Positions 25,379 to 37,869 of a DNA stretch of 64,000 nucleotides are shown piece after piece. The notes below the pieces were generated by a model, which saw nothing but the letters and a program-made list of their open reading frames with translations, was not told the origin of the DNA and did no database searches. Made by a program: the position numbers and the translations under genes. The DNA comes from Mobula hypostoma (taxonomy: Eukaryota), in assembly GCF_963921235.1 (NCBI RefSeq), contig NC_086097.1, positions 194,682,001-194,746,000 on the forward strand, in the 5' to 3' direction. The stretch's first letter is position 1; every line of letters begins with the position of its first letter.

Positions 25379-27632
25379 CTACAATTTTGCTGATCCAGTT
25401 TACCACATTATCACCCAGATCATTGTCAAGATGACAAATAACAATGGACCCAGCACTGATCCCTGCAGCACACCACTAGTCATATGTCTCCAGTCAGAGA
25501 GGTGACCATCTGCAGCCACTCTCTCGCATCTTGTGTGAAGCTAATGTCTAATCCGATTTAATACTTTATCTTGAATACTAACCTTCTTGACCAACCTCAC
25601 ATGTGCAACCTTCTCAAAAGCCTTGCTAAAGTCCATGTAGACAACATCCACTGCCTTGCCTTCATCAACTTTCTTGGTAACTCCTTTGAAAAAAAACTCT
25701 ACAAGATTGGTTAGACAGGACTTACAATGCATAAAGCCATGTTGGCTATCCCTAATCAGACCCTATCTATCCAAATGCTTGTATATCCAGTCTCTTAGAA
25801 TACTTCCTAATAATTTCCCCACTGCTGATACCAAGCTCACCGGTCTATAATTTCCTAGCTTATTGTTAGAGCCTTTCTTAAAGAATGGAACAACATCAGT
25901 TATCCTCAATCCTCCACCACTTCATCTGTGGCTAAGGATGTTTTAAATATCTCTGTGGGAGCCCCTGAAATTTCTGCAGTAGCCTCACAGGGTTCGAGAG
26001 AACACCTGGTCAGGTTCTGGGTATTTATCCACCTTACTTTGCCTCAAGGCAGTAAACGCCTCCTCCTCTATAATCTGTATAGGGTCCACGACCTTGCTGT
26101 AGCATTTCCTCGAATCTATAGACCATGTTTGTCTCCAGAATAAATATAGATGTAAAAAATCCATTTAAAATCTCCCCCATCTCTTTTGGCTCCATGCATA
26201 GATTACCACTCTGATTTTCAAGAGGACGTACTTTGTCTCTTGCTCTTAATATCTCCGTAGAAGCCCTTAGGGTTCTCATTCACCTTGTTGGTTAGAGCAA
26301 CCTCATATCTTCTTTAAGCTCTCCTGATTACTTCCTTAATTGTTCTCTTGCTTCTCTTATACTCTTCAAGTATCTCAGTCCTTCCTGTTGGTACTTGCTG
26401 TGTACCTCCTTTTTCTTAACCAGGGTCTCAATATCTCTTGAAAATCAAGGTTCCATAAAAAAAACCTGTTATCCTTGCCTTATATTCTGATGGGAGCATA
26501 CAAACTTTGAACTCTCAATATTTCACTTTTGAAGGCCTCCCATTTATCAAGTACACCTTTGTCAGAAAACAACCTATCCCAATCCATACTTTCCAGATCA
26601 TTTCTGGATACCATCAAAGTTCGACTTTCTTAAATTTAGAATCTCAATTTAAGGACCAGACCGACCCTTTTTCATAATTACCTTGAAGTGGCATAATGAT
26701 CACTAGATACAAAGTGTCCCCCTACACGAACTTCTGTCACTGCCCTGTTTTATTCCCTAATGGGAGATCTAGTATTGCACTCTCTCTAGTTGGGATTTCT
26801 ATGTACTGTTTAAGAAAACTTTCCTGAACACATTTGACAAATTCTTTCCCATCCAGCCCTTTTACAGTATGGGAGTCCCAGTCAATACTTGGAAAGTTAA
26901 AATCACCTACTATCACAACCTTGTGTTTCTTGCAACAGTCTCCGATTCCTCTAAAAAGATGCTGCTCTAAATTCTGTGAACTATTGGGAGGTCTATAATA
27001 TAGCACCATTAATGTGATCATACCTTTCTCATTCCTCAGTTCCACCTATAAAGCCTCACCAGATGAGCTCTCCAGTCTGTCTGACTGAGCACTGCCCCGA
27101 CATTTTCCTTGACTAGTATTGTCAACTATCCCCTTTAATTCCTCCCACTCTCTCATCCCTAAAACAGCAGGATCCCAGAAGACTAAGCTGTCAGGCCTGC
27201 CCCTTCTGCAGCCGTCTCACTAATAGCTACAGTATCATAATTCCATGTGTTGATCTATGCCCTGAGCTCATCTGCCTTTCTTTTCATTGAAATATATGCA
27301 GCTCAGAACATTAGTTTCACCATGGTCAACCTTTTGATTACTGATGTTGTATGTAGACTTAAGAACATGTCTCCACAGCCACTCCACTATCTGTTTTGGT
27401 GCTCTAGTTCCCATCACCCTGCCACTGTAGTTTAAACTGCATGAGCAAACCTTCCCACTAGGATATTAATCCCCTTCCAGTTCAGGTTAAAACATCCATT
27501 TTGTACAGATTCCAGCTTCCCTAAGAGACAGCCCAATGATCCAAAAATCTGAAGCCCTCCCTCATGCATCAAAGCCATGTGTTAAACTGTATGGTCTTCC
27601 TATTTCATGCCTCACTAGCATGTGGTACGGGT

Positions 27633-30290
27633 CATCATCATCATCATCATCATCAGGTGCCATGCTCAGTTTGAGCTTTGACTGCCATGGCCCACACACT
27701 CCTGTTTCGGGTCAAGTGGATCAATTCATTGGTATTCATTTCCAGTTCTCTGGCTGCTGTCTCCATCATCATTTGTCTTTGTCTTCCTCTTGCTTTCTTC
27801 CCTTCAATCTTTCCCATAATTACTGTGCATTCTAACTCCTCTTTCCTAATCACATGTCCAATGAAGCTAAGTTGTCTTTTCATGATCTCATACATTATTT
27901 CTCTTTTTGTGTTTGCTCTGTTCATGACATCCTCGTTAGATATTCGATTTGTCCATGATATTCACCCTCCTCAAAAACCACATCTCTGCTGCTTCATTTC
28001 ATTTCCTCATGTTACTAGATATTGTCCAACATTCTGATCCATATAACATAACTGGATAAACTTAACATTTCAGTACTCTGAGGCGGGTTGTCATGCCTAG
28101 TTTAATATTGGTCAGTATACGCTTCATTCTAGTAAAGGTGTCTTTTGCCATCCCTATTCTTCTTTTGATGTCCATGTCACACCTGCCATCTGATGTCACC
28201 CAGCTTCCTAAGTAGCAAAAGTTCTGTACTTGTTTTATATCTTACCCATTTATTTTCAGCCTGCAGATAGGATATAGGATAGATATATTGGAACCAAATG
28301 GCAGTGGTAAAAATTGATGATAATATAAGCAGTTGGACTAAAATTCAAAGAGGAGTTAGACAGGGATGTGTTGCCTCACTGGAATTGTCTAATATCTATA
28401 GTGAAATGATTCTCAGAGAAATAGAAGACTTCGATGGAATAAAATTTGGAGGTGTTAACATCAATGATATAAGATATGCAGACAATACCTCCCTAATGGC
28501 AAGTGCTGCAGAAGACCTACAAATCCTCCTAGACAAAGTAATATAAACAAGTGCAGATTTTGGTCTAACCATCAACTATAAAAAACCCAAATGTATGGTA
28601 ACATCAAAACAGCAAGATACTCCCAACTGCTAATTGTACAACGGTAACCAAGAGATTGAACAAAAGACCAGCTTTAATTACCTTGGTAGCCTTATATCAC
28701 AAGATGCTAGAAGTAAAGTAGAAATAAAAAAAGAATTGCCATTGCCAAAACCAACTTCCAAAAAATGAACCCCAGTTTTACCAACAGACACATTTCTAAG
28801 ACAACAAGGCTTAGGCTACTAAAATGTTACATCTGGTCAATCATGCTGTATGCTTCCGAAACATGGACTATAACACTAGAACTCCAAAGAAACTTAGAAG
28901 CAACAGAAATGTGGTTTCTTAGAAGAATGATGAAAATATCATATAGAGATAGGGTAACTAATGAGACAGTACTCCAATGTGCCCATACAAAAAGATCTTT
29001 AATGAGAACATTAAATGAGAAGAAACTTAAATTCCTGGGCCATGTCATCAGAAAGGGAGAAATAGAATGCCTTACATTACAAGCCCTGGGAAACACAGAA
29101 GAGGAAGGCAAAGAAGAAAATATATGGACACTGAAAGAACTAACAGATCTAAGTGTGCGAGACATCATTAATGCTGCATGGGATCATTCGATGTGGAAAG
29201 CCATGATCGCCCAAGTGTGTAACGCGCAAGGCACATGAAGAAGAAGATAGGATTCTCCTTCTTTTTGGATATCACCATACATTCTGTCTTTTTGCAATTG
29301 ATAGATAGACCCATTTTTGCACTTTCTTCAACAACTATATCAATTAAGTTTTGTAGTTCTTCCTCCGTACTTGCAATTAACACAGTGTCATCCGCATATC
29401 TGAAATTATTGATGTTTTCACCGCAACTTTGATTCGCAAGTTGTCTCTTATTTTTTGTAATATTGTTTCACTGTACACATTAAACAGATCAGGGGAGAAA
29501 ACACACACTTGTCTAACGCTTCTCTTGATTTTCATAGAAAGCAAAGGATGGTACAATTATCAAGTAAAAAGATGAGATTATGAACAGAAGGACTGAATAT
29601 ATTCAGGAATTGTTTGAAGATGATCGAGGCGAAAAACTGGAAATTAAGAAGAAAATTGAAGGTCCAAGTATTTTAAAATCTGAAGTTCGTAATGCAATAA
29701 ATAAGATGAAGAAAGGAAAGGCAGCAGGTCCTGATGAATTAGTAATAGAACAAATTATCACCCTTGAAGATTATGGAATTGAAAAACTTACTGATTTAAT
29801 CAATGACGTTTATGAGACTGGAATAATACCAGAAGAGATGAAAAAAATCAGTATTTATCACTATTTCTCAGAAACCTGGAGCGATAGCATGTGAATTACA
29901 TAGGACCATAAGTTTAATGAGTCATATCACTAAGATACTTCTGAGAATTTTGATGACAAGAGCTAAAAGTAAGATACAAGCTGAAATAGGTAAAGAACAA
30001 TGTGGTTTTGTGAAAGACAAGGGTACAAAAACACAATATTGATGTTAAGGATACTATCAGAATGAGCTATTCAAGTGCAAAAAGATTTGTTTGTTTTATC
30101 GACTATACAAAAGCATTTGATAAAGTGAAGCACAATAAGTTATTTGAAATATTACAGGAAACTCTAGATCTAGATTCAAAAGACCTCCGCCTAATCAGAA
30201 AAAAGTACTGGGAGCAAACTGCCGCTGTAAGAATAGATGGAGAAGTGAGTGAGTTTACGAAAATCAAGAGAAGCGTTAGACAAGGGTGTG
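27633..30290 (-). mobile_element. RTE-clade LINE (family A) with 5' inversion and 12-bp TSD
   Basis: 3' part on - (27633-29533, (TGA)n tail), inverted 5' part on + (29534-30290, FIDYTKAFDKV); TSD TGTGGTA(C/T)GGGT at 27621-27632 and 30287-30298. Confidence 0.9.
28274..29244 (+). mobile_element. RTE-clade LINE (family B) nested in family A
   Basis: RGVRQGCV, IRYADN, MLYASETW; (GAA)n tail; TSD AGATAGGAT at 28265-28273 and 29245-29253. Confidence 0.9.
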
Positions 30291-31489
30291 GTATGGGTAG
30301 TAATCCAAAAATCACAAACCTGGAGGTCCTGTCCTTTAACTGAGCACCGAACTTCCTGAAGTCATTTTCCAGGGCCTCATCATCTATACTACCCATGTCT
30401 TTGGTACCGTTGTGGACCACGACCTCTGGCTGCACACTATCCCACTTAAGAATGCTGTGGACTTGATCTGAGATGTCCCTGAGCCTGGCATCCAGGAAGC
30501 AAAATACCATCTGGGAATCTTGCCTATAGAACCTCTTACTGTTCTCCTAAATAACAAATCCCCTATATTTACAGCTTGCCTCTTCTCCCAACTTCCCATC
30601 TGAGCCACAGAGCCAGACTCAGTGTCAAAGACCTGCCCGCTGTTGCTGCTCCGTGGTAGGTCTTCCACCAGCTCCCCCCACAATATCCAAAGCGCTATAC
30701 TTATTTTTCAGGGGAACAGCCCCAGGGGTACTCTGCAATAGCTACCAATTCCCTTTCCCTGTCCTGACAGTCACCCAGGTACCTGCCTCCTGCAACTTAG
30801 TGGTGACTACTTCCCCATAGCTCTTATTTATCACTTCCTCATTCTCCCAGATGAGCTGAAGGTCATCGAGCTGCAACTTCAGTTTCTAAACACAGTCTCT
30901 AAAGAGCTGCAGCTCAGTGCACTTCATTGAGATGTAGTTATCATGGAGCTCTCCCAATGTTCTCACATCTCACAGAAGAAACATACCATTAACTCTGGGC
31001 CCAGTCTCAACAGACTAGCTAGGCACCAACAAAAAAAAAAAGTACTGGCAATTTACTTAGAGCTTGCACCTGTGTTTATCTAAGACTGTTGAGCCAAAGC
31101 TGGACCACTCTAACACTGCCTCACTCCAACAATGGCTGCTCCACTTATACCTCCATTCCTTTTATTAGCTCAAACAGTGACTTACTCCTGATGAGACATG
31201 CAGCATTACTATGTATTCATAATTAAAATCTCTGAAGCTTGTGTAAATTATGTTTTCTCAAAATCATTTTTGAAAAATGAGTTTGGTTAATTAACATGCA
31301 AATAATAAACTTTTAGATTCAGTTGAACCTTAATAAAGAATGTGGTTCCTTTTTCCATCAAAAGTCACACCAGAACATGACAAAAGATACATTAATTTTA
31401 TGGCAAAAAGAACAATCAGGTAACTATTTCATTCAAGTTGGTGAACTCTATTAAGGAAGACAAACAGACTGTTGAAGCAGGAACATGGA

Positions 31490-31690
31490 GCAAATAAAAT
31501 GAGAGAACTCAGTAGATCAAGCTGCCCTTATAGAGGTGTAAGCTGATATTTCAGGTTATGAGCCTGCATCTGGACAGAGAGGGAAGTGAAAAGATTGTCA
31601 GGCTGAGTAGTTTACAGCCCAGTAATATGAACATTGAATTTCCAAATTTTAAGAAACCCACAACCACCTCCAACACACGCTCACTACCTA
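31490..31690. mobile_element. Old PLE fragment: inverted terminal repeat followed by the GIY-YIG C-terminus; probably continues at about 34610-34880
   Basis: LSSLQPSNMNIEFPNF on + at about 31602-31655; decayed terminal repeat on - at 31490-31580. Confidence 0.6.
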
Positions 31691-31697
31691 GGGTTTT

Positions 31698-34600
31698 AAC
31701 ATAGAACATAGAACATAGAATAGTACAGCACAGTACAGGCCCTTCGGCCCACAATGTTGTGCCGACCCTCAAACCCTGCCTCCCATATAAGCCCCCATCT
31801 TAAATTCCTCCATATACCTATCTAGTAGTCTCTTAAACTTCACTAGTGTATCTGCCTCCACCACTGACTCAGGCAGTGCATTCCATGCACCAACCACTCT
31901 CTGAGTGAAAAACCTTCCTCTAATATCCCCCTTGAACTTCCCACCCCTTACCTTAAAGCCATGTCCTCTTGTATTGAGCAGTGGTGCCCTGGGGAAGAGG
32001 CACTGGCTATCCACTCTATCTATTCCTCTTATTATCTTGTACACCTCTATCATGTCTCCTCTCATCCTCCTTCTCTCCAAAGGGTAAAGCCCTAGCTCCC
32101 TTAATCTCTGATCATAATGCATACTTTCTAAACCAGACAGCATCCTGTTAAATCTCCTGTGTACCCTTTCCAATGCTTCCACATTCTTCCTATAGTGAGG
32201 TGACCAGAACTGGACACAGTACTCCAAGTGTGGCCTAACCAGAGTTTTATAGAGCTGCATCATTACATCGCGACTCTTAAACTCTATCCCTCAACTTATG
32301 AAAGCTAACACCAAATAAGCTTTCTTAACTACCCAATCCACTTGTGCGGCAACTTTCAGGGATCTGTGGACATGTACCCCGAGATCCCTCTGCTCCTCCA
32401 CACTACCAAGTATCCTGCCATTTACTTTGTACTCTGCCTTGGAGTTTGTCCTTCCAAAGTGTACCACCTCACACTTCTCCGGGTTGAACTCCATCTGCCA
32501 CATCTCAGCCCATTTCTGCATCCTATCAATGTCTCTCTGCAATCTTTGACAATTCTCTACACTATCTACAACACCACCAACCTTTGTGTCATCTGCAAAC
32601 TTGCCAACCACCCTTCTACCCCCACATCCAGGTTGTTAATAAAAATCACGAAAAGTAGAGGTCCCAGAACAGATCCTTGTGGAACACCACTAGTCACAAT
32701 CCTCCAATATGAATGTACTCCCTCCACCACCACCCTCTGCCTTCTGCAGGCAAGCCAATTCTGAATCCACCTGGCTAAACTTTCCTGGATCCCATGCCTT
32801 CTAACTTTCTGAATAAGCCTACCGTGTGGAACCTTGTCAAATGCCTTACTAAAATCCATATAGATTACATCCTCATCTATATGCCTGGTCACCTCCTCAA
32901 AGAACTCTATCAGGCTTGCTAGACATGATCTGCCCTTCACAAAGCCATGCTGACTGTCCCTGATCAGACCATGATTCTCTAAATGCCTATAGATCCTATC
33001 TCTAAGAATCTTTTCCAACAGCTTTCCCACCACAGACGTAAGGCTCACTGGTCTATAATTACCCGGACTATCCCCACTATCTTTTTTGAACAAGGGAACA
33101 ACATTCGCCTCCCTCCAATCCTCCTGTACCATTCCCGTGGACAACGAGGACATAAAGATCCTAGCAGAGGCTCAGCAATCTCTTCTCTCGCCTCGTGGAG
33201 CAGCCTGGGGAATATTCCGTCAGGCCCCGGGGACTTATCTGTCCTAATGTATTTTAACAACTCCAACACCTCCTCTCCCTTAATATCAGCATGCTCCAGA
33301 ACATCAACCTCACTCATATTGTCCTCACCATCATCAAGTTCCCTCTCATTGGTGAATACCGAAGAGAAATATTCATTGAGGACCTCGCTCACTTCCACAG
33401 CCTCCAGGCACATCTCCCCACCTTTATCTCTAATCGGTCCTACCTTCACTCCTGTCATCCTTTTTTTTTTCACATAATTGAAGAATGCCTTGGGGTTTTC
33501 TTTTACCCTACTCGCCAAGGCCTTCTCGTGCCCCCTTCTTGCTCTTCTCAGCCCCTTCTTAAGCTCCTTTCTTGCTTCCCTATATTCCTCAATAGACCCA
33601 TCTGATCCCTGCTTCCTAAACCTCATGTATGCTGCGTTCTTCCACCTGACTAAATTCTCCACCTCACTTGTCACTCATGGTTCCTTCACCCTACCGTTCT
33701 TTATCTTCCTCACGGAGACAAATTTATCCCTTACATCCCGCAAGAGATCTCTAAACATCGACCACATGTTCATAGTACATTTCCCTGCAAAAACATCATC
33801 CCAATTCACACCCGCAAGTTCTAGCCTTATAGCCTCATAATTTGCCCTTCTCCAATTAAAAATGTTCCTGTCCTCTTTGATTCAATGCTTTTCCATGATA
33901 ATTATAAAGGCCAGGGAGCGGTGGTCACTGTCCCCCAGATGCACACACACTGAGAGATCTGTGACCTGACCCGGTTTATTACCTAGTACTAGATCTAGTA
34001 TGGCATTCCCCCGGTCGGCCTGTCCACATACTGTGACAGGAATCCAACCTGGACACACTTAACAAATTCTGCCCCATCTAAACCCTTGGAACTAATCAGG
34101 TGCCAATCAATATTAGGGAAGTTAAAGTCACCCATGATAACAACCCTGTTATTTTTGCACCTTTCCAAAATCTGCCTCCCAATCTGCTCCACTGTATCTC
34201 TGCTGCTACCAGGGGGCCTATAGAATACCCCCAGTAGAGTAACTGCTCCCTTCCTGTTCCTGACTTCCACCCATACTGACTCAAAAGAGGATCCTGCTAC
34301 ATTACCCACCCTTTCTGTGGCTGTAATAGTATCCCTGACCAGTAATGCCACCCCTCCTCCCCTTTTTCCGCCCTCTCTATCCCTTTGAAAGCACTGAAAT
34401 CCAGGAATATTGAGAATCCATTCCTGCCCTGGTGCCAGCCAAGTCTCTGTAATGGCCACTACATCATAATTCCATGTATGTATCCAAGCTCTCAGTTCAT
34501 CACCTTTGTTCCTGATGCTTCTTGCATTGAGATACACACATTTCAGCCCTTCTACCTTACTGTCTTTACACCGTTTATTCTGCTTCTCTTTCCTGAAAGC
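31698..34600 (-). mobile_element. CR1 LINE with essentially complete but disrupted ORF2 and (TTCTATG)n tail
   Basis: ORFs 31769-34702 with [31 protein letters not shown] and KFADD. Confidence 0.93.
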
Positions 34601-35082
34601 CTTTCTCTTTTTCTCTTTATCTTTCTCTTTATTCACTTTTCCCATGTTCTGCCCCTTTCTGTCCCCAAACTGATTCCATCTGCATATTATCACCCCCCAC
34701 AAATCCCGTTAAATGGTTTCATTAACCATTTACTATACTCTGTTCCACTCTTCTCTTGTACTGCTCTATACTGGCAATCCTTGCTTTTCCTCTTAGCTCA
34801 AATGCACGGTCTCAAATCCAAATGTTAACTGGCTCTTTTTGACTCCACAGCTGCAGAGCACTTTCAGTATTCTTTAATTTGACTTTATTAAGGAAATGTC
34901 TCAAATGTTCTCTGGTTCTAATTGAGAAACACTACAGACACTACAGGGAGTACCAGGATATGACTTAAAAAGTTCTGCCTGAAGTTTGTAGCATGATAGT
35001 CATTTTGAGGTCTATGGTAAAGCCTCACTGATTCCCACTATAATAATAAGATTTTCACAGTAATAATCTGCAAAAAAAAGAA

Positions 35083-35247
35083 AACAACAGGAATTCTGCA
35101 GATGCTGGAAATTCAAGCAACATACATCAAAGTTGCTGGTGAACGCAGCAGGCCAGGCAGCATCTATAGGAAGAGGTGCAGTCGACGTTTCAGGCCGAGA
35201 TCCTTCGTCAGGACTAACTGAAGGAAGAGTGAGTAAGGGATTTGAAA
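35083..35247 (-). mobile_element. Solo PLE terminal repeat (about 160 bp) with TSD
   Basis: Near-identical to 11019-11183; flanked by AAAAAAAGAAAACA at 35073-35086 and 35245-35258 (partly overlapping the element ends). Confidence 0.9.
35179..35216 (-). ncRNA. Minimal type I hammerhead ribozyme (GUC; one stem II substitution)
   Basis: Reverse complement TAGTC-CTGACGA-AGGATCTCGGCCT-GAAA-CGTC-GACTG. Confidence 0.82.
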
Positions 35248-35258
35248 AAAAGAAAACA

Positions 35259-35900
35259 TTCAAGTTCAAGTTTAATTGTCATTCAACCAAACATGAATAC
35301 CCATTAATACAGCCAAAGTAAGCAGAGTCACTCTGGGGCCAAGGTGCAAGATACAGTACCAACAGTCATACAGAGTACAAGGCACATATAGTACATATGG
35401 TAGCAATAAAATACAGTTATTGAAAAAATATAACTCTATGAATATTGCAGTAGTCTTCAGTTGAATACAATACAGCTTGTCTTATGCCAAGCGAAAACTG
35501 GGCGCTGTACCAACTCCAGCATGGACGCTGTGCCACATCACCTCCGGCACTCTGGTGGAGTGCTTGACTACAATGCCTAACCCTGGGCAGCTGCAGACAG
35601 GTGACATCGTGAGGCTTAGTTCTTGCTATGACTGAGGATTTGCAGCTCCCTCACTGTGTGTGTCTGCCTTTCACCAATAAACCAATGAATTGGACTTGCA
35701 ACATTCCATACCACCAATAATCACAAGAAAAACAACATTGACTATCACTCACTGCATATCACCTTCGCGCACTGACACCTCTCTGTCGCAGGCAGCATCA
35801 CGGGCTGCACCAAGTCCAACTCCTTCAGTTTCTCCGCTAATGACCAACTCGCTGATGGGGTAGACCTGCAGTACTTTAAGTTCTTAATGGCCAGCAGCAA
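35259..35900 (-). mobile_element. Probable LINE 3' UTR (Rex1/Babar-like) with (CTTGAA)n tail
   Basis: ttcaagttcaagtttaattgtcatt start resembles the reverse of the tail at about 44435-44448. Confidence 0.45.
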
Positions 35901-36212
35901 GTTCAGCTCAACTGTGGCTTCACTGACTTAAGATTTCAAATAGATATTACATAATATTAAGTGGTTTAAGAAACACTAAACATACTTTATTGTCTAAAAG
36001 CTAGCAAGGCATTTATTTTTCTTTTTCACGTACCAGCTATTTTTTCAGTCTGTTAGTAAAATCATCTCTCAGTACTGTGCTTTTCTAACTGTACCTCATG
36101 CTACTTTTTCAAATGTGTGTATCTCATGAAGAAAGCTCTCAACACAGAGAGAAGCAAAGAAACATTTAGAAATTAACTCAATATGAACATTAAAACAATG
36201 TATTAACATATT

Positions 36213-37614
36213 ACCTGGTCCATTTCCAATACCTCCCTCCCCTCTCTAGATCTTTCTGTCTCTATCTCTGGAGACAGCCTATCCACTGATGTCAGCTATA
36301 AGCCTACTGACTTTCACAGTTATCTGGACTATTCCTCTTCTCACCCTGTCTCTTGCAGAAATGCCATCCCCTTCTCGCAATTCCTCCGTCTCCGCCGCAT
36401 CTGCTCTCAGGATGAGCCTTTTCATTCCAGGATGAGGGACATGTCCTCCTTTTTTGAAGAAAGGGGCTTCCCTTCCTCCACCATCAACTCTGCTCTCAAA
36501 CGCATCTCTCCCATTTCACGTACATCTGCTCTCACTCCATCCTCCTGCCACCCCACTAGGAATAGGGTTCCCCTGGTCCTCACCTACCACCCCACCAGCC
36601 TCCGGGTCCAACATATTATTTTCCGTAACTTCTGCCACCTCCAACGGGATCCCACCACTAAGCACATCTTTCCCTTCCCACCGCCTCTGCTTTCCGCAGG
36701 GATCACTCTCTACGCGACTCCCTTGTCCATTCGTCCCCCCCATCCCTCCCCACTGATCTCCCTCCTGGTACTTATCCTTGTAAGCGGAACAAGTGCTACA
36801 CATGCCCTTACACTTCCTCCCTTACCACCATTCAGGGCCCCAGACAGTCCTTCCAGGTGAGGTGACACTTCACCTGTGAGTCGGCTGGGGTGATATACTG
36901 TGTCTGGTGCTCCCAGAGTGACCTTCTATATATTGGCGAGACCCGACACAGACTGTGAGATCGTTTTGCTGAACACCTACGCTCTGTCTGCCAAAGAAAG
37001 TAGGATCTCCCAGTGGTCACACATTTTAATTCCACATCCCATTCCCATTCTGATATGTCTATCCAAGGCCTCCTCTACTGTAAAGATGAAGCCACACTCA
37101 GGTTGGAGGAACAACACCTTATATTCCGTCTGGGTAGCCTCCAACCTGGTGGCATGAACATTGACTTCTCTAACTTCCACTAATGCCCCACCTCCCCTCG
37201 TACCCCATCTGTTATTTATTTATATATGCACATTCTTTCTCTCACTCTCCTTTTTCTCCCTCTGTCCCTCTGACTATACCCCTTGCCCATCCTCTGGGTT
37301 TTCCCCCCCTCCCCCTTTTCCTTCTTCCTGGGCCTCCTGTCCCATGATCCTCTCATATCCCTTTTGCCAATCACCTGTCCAGCTCTTGACTCCATCCCTC
37401 CCCCTCCTGTCTTTTCCTATCATTTTGGATCTCCTCCTCCCCCTCCCACTTTCAAATCTCTTACTAACTCTTCCTTCGGTTAGTCCTGACGAGGGGTCTC
37501 GGCCCAAAACGTCGACTGTACCTCTTCCTAGAGATGCTGCCTGGCCTGCTGCATTCACCAGCAACTTTGATGTGTGTTGCTTGAATTTCCAGCATCTGCA
37601 GAATTCCTCGTGTT
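36213..37614 (+). mobile_element. 5'-truncated Neptune-type PLE
   Basis: Colinear with about 244-1637; degenerate TSD tgtattaacatatt 36199-36212 vs tgcattaaaatatt 37615-37628. Confidence 0.93.
37481..37518 (+). ncRNA. Hammerhead ribozyme copy with G12 changed to A (likely inactive)
   Basis: TAGTC-CTGACGA-GGGGTCTCGGCCC-AAAA-CGTC-GACTG; GAAA has become AAAA at 37506. Confidence 0.75.
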
Positions 37615-37869
37615 TGCATTAAAATATTGTGACAGCTGCGATAGTTTCATTAAGATTTCACCCCTTTAGACTTTTAATTGATTTAGTTTTATAAATTTTT
37701 GCGCAAGTTTCAAACTAGGTGTTAGAATTTCTTTATTCATTCAAGAGAAATAATGATGTCGCTGGCAAGGCCATCATTTATTCCCCGTTCCCTTGAGAAA
37801 GTGGCAGTAAGCTGGCTTCTTTAATCACCATAGTCCTTGAGCTGAAAGAAAATCTACCAACAGTCAAGT

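Larger units (their letters stand above)
23320..31160 (-). mobile_element. Old full-length CR1 LINE fragmented by L2 and RTE insertions
   Basis: 3' end about 23320-23880, RT/APE 25379-27250 ([16 protein letters not shown]), ORF1 esterase 27480-27632 and 30298-30990, 5' UTR to about 31160. Confidence 0.8.

Noticed and set aside
27633..27655. (CAT)n microsatellite / poly-Ser ORF
   Set aside because: It is the 3' tail of the minus-strand RTE
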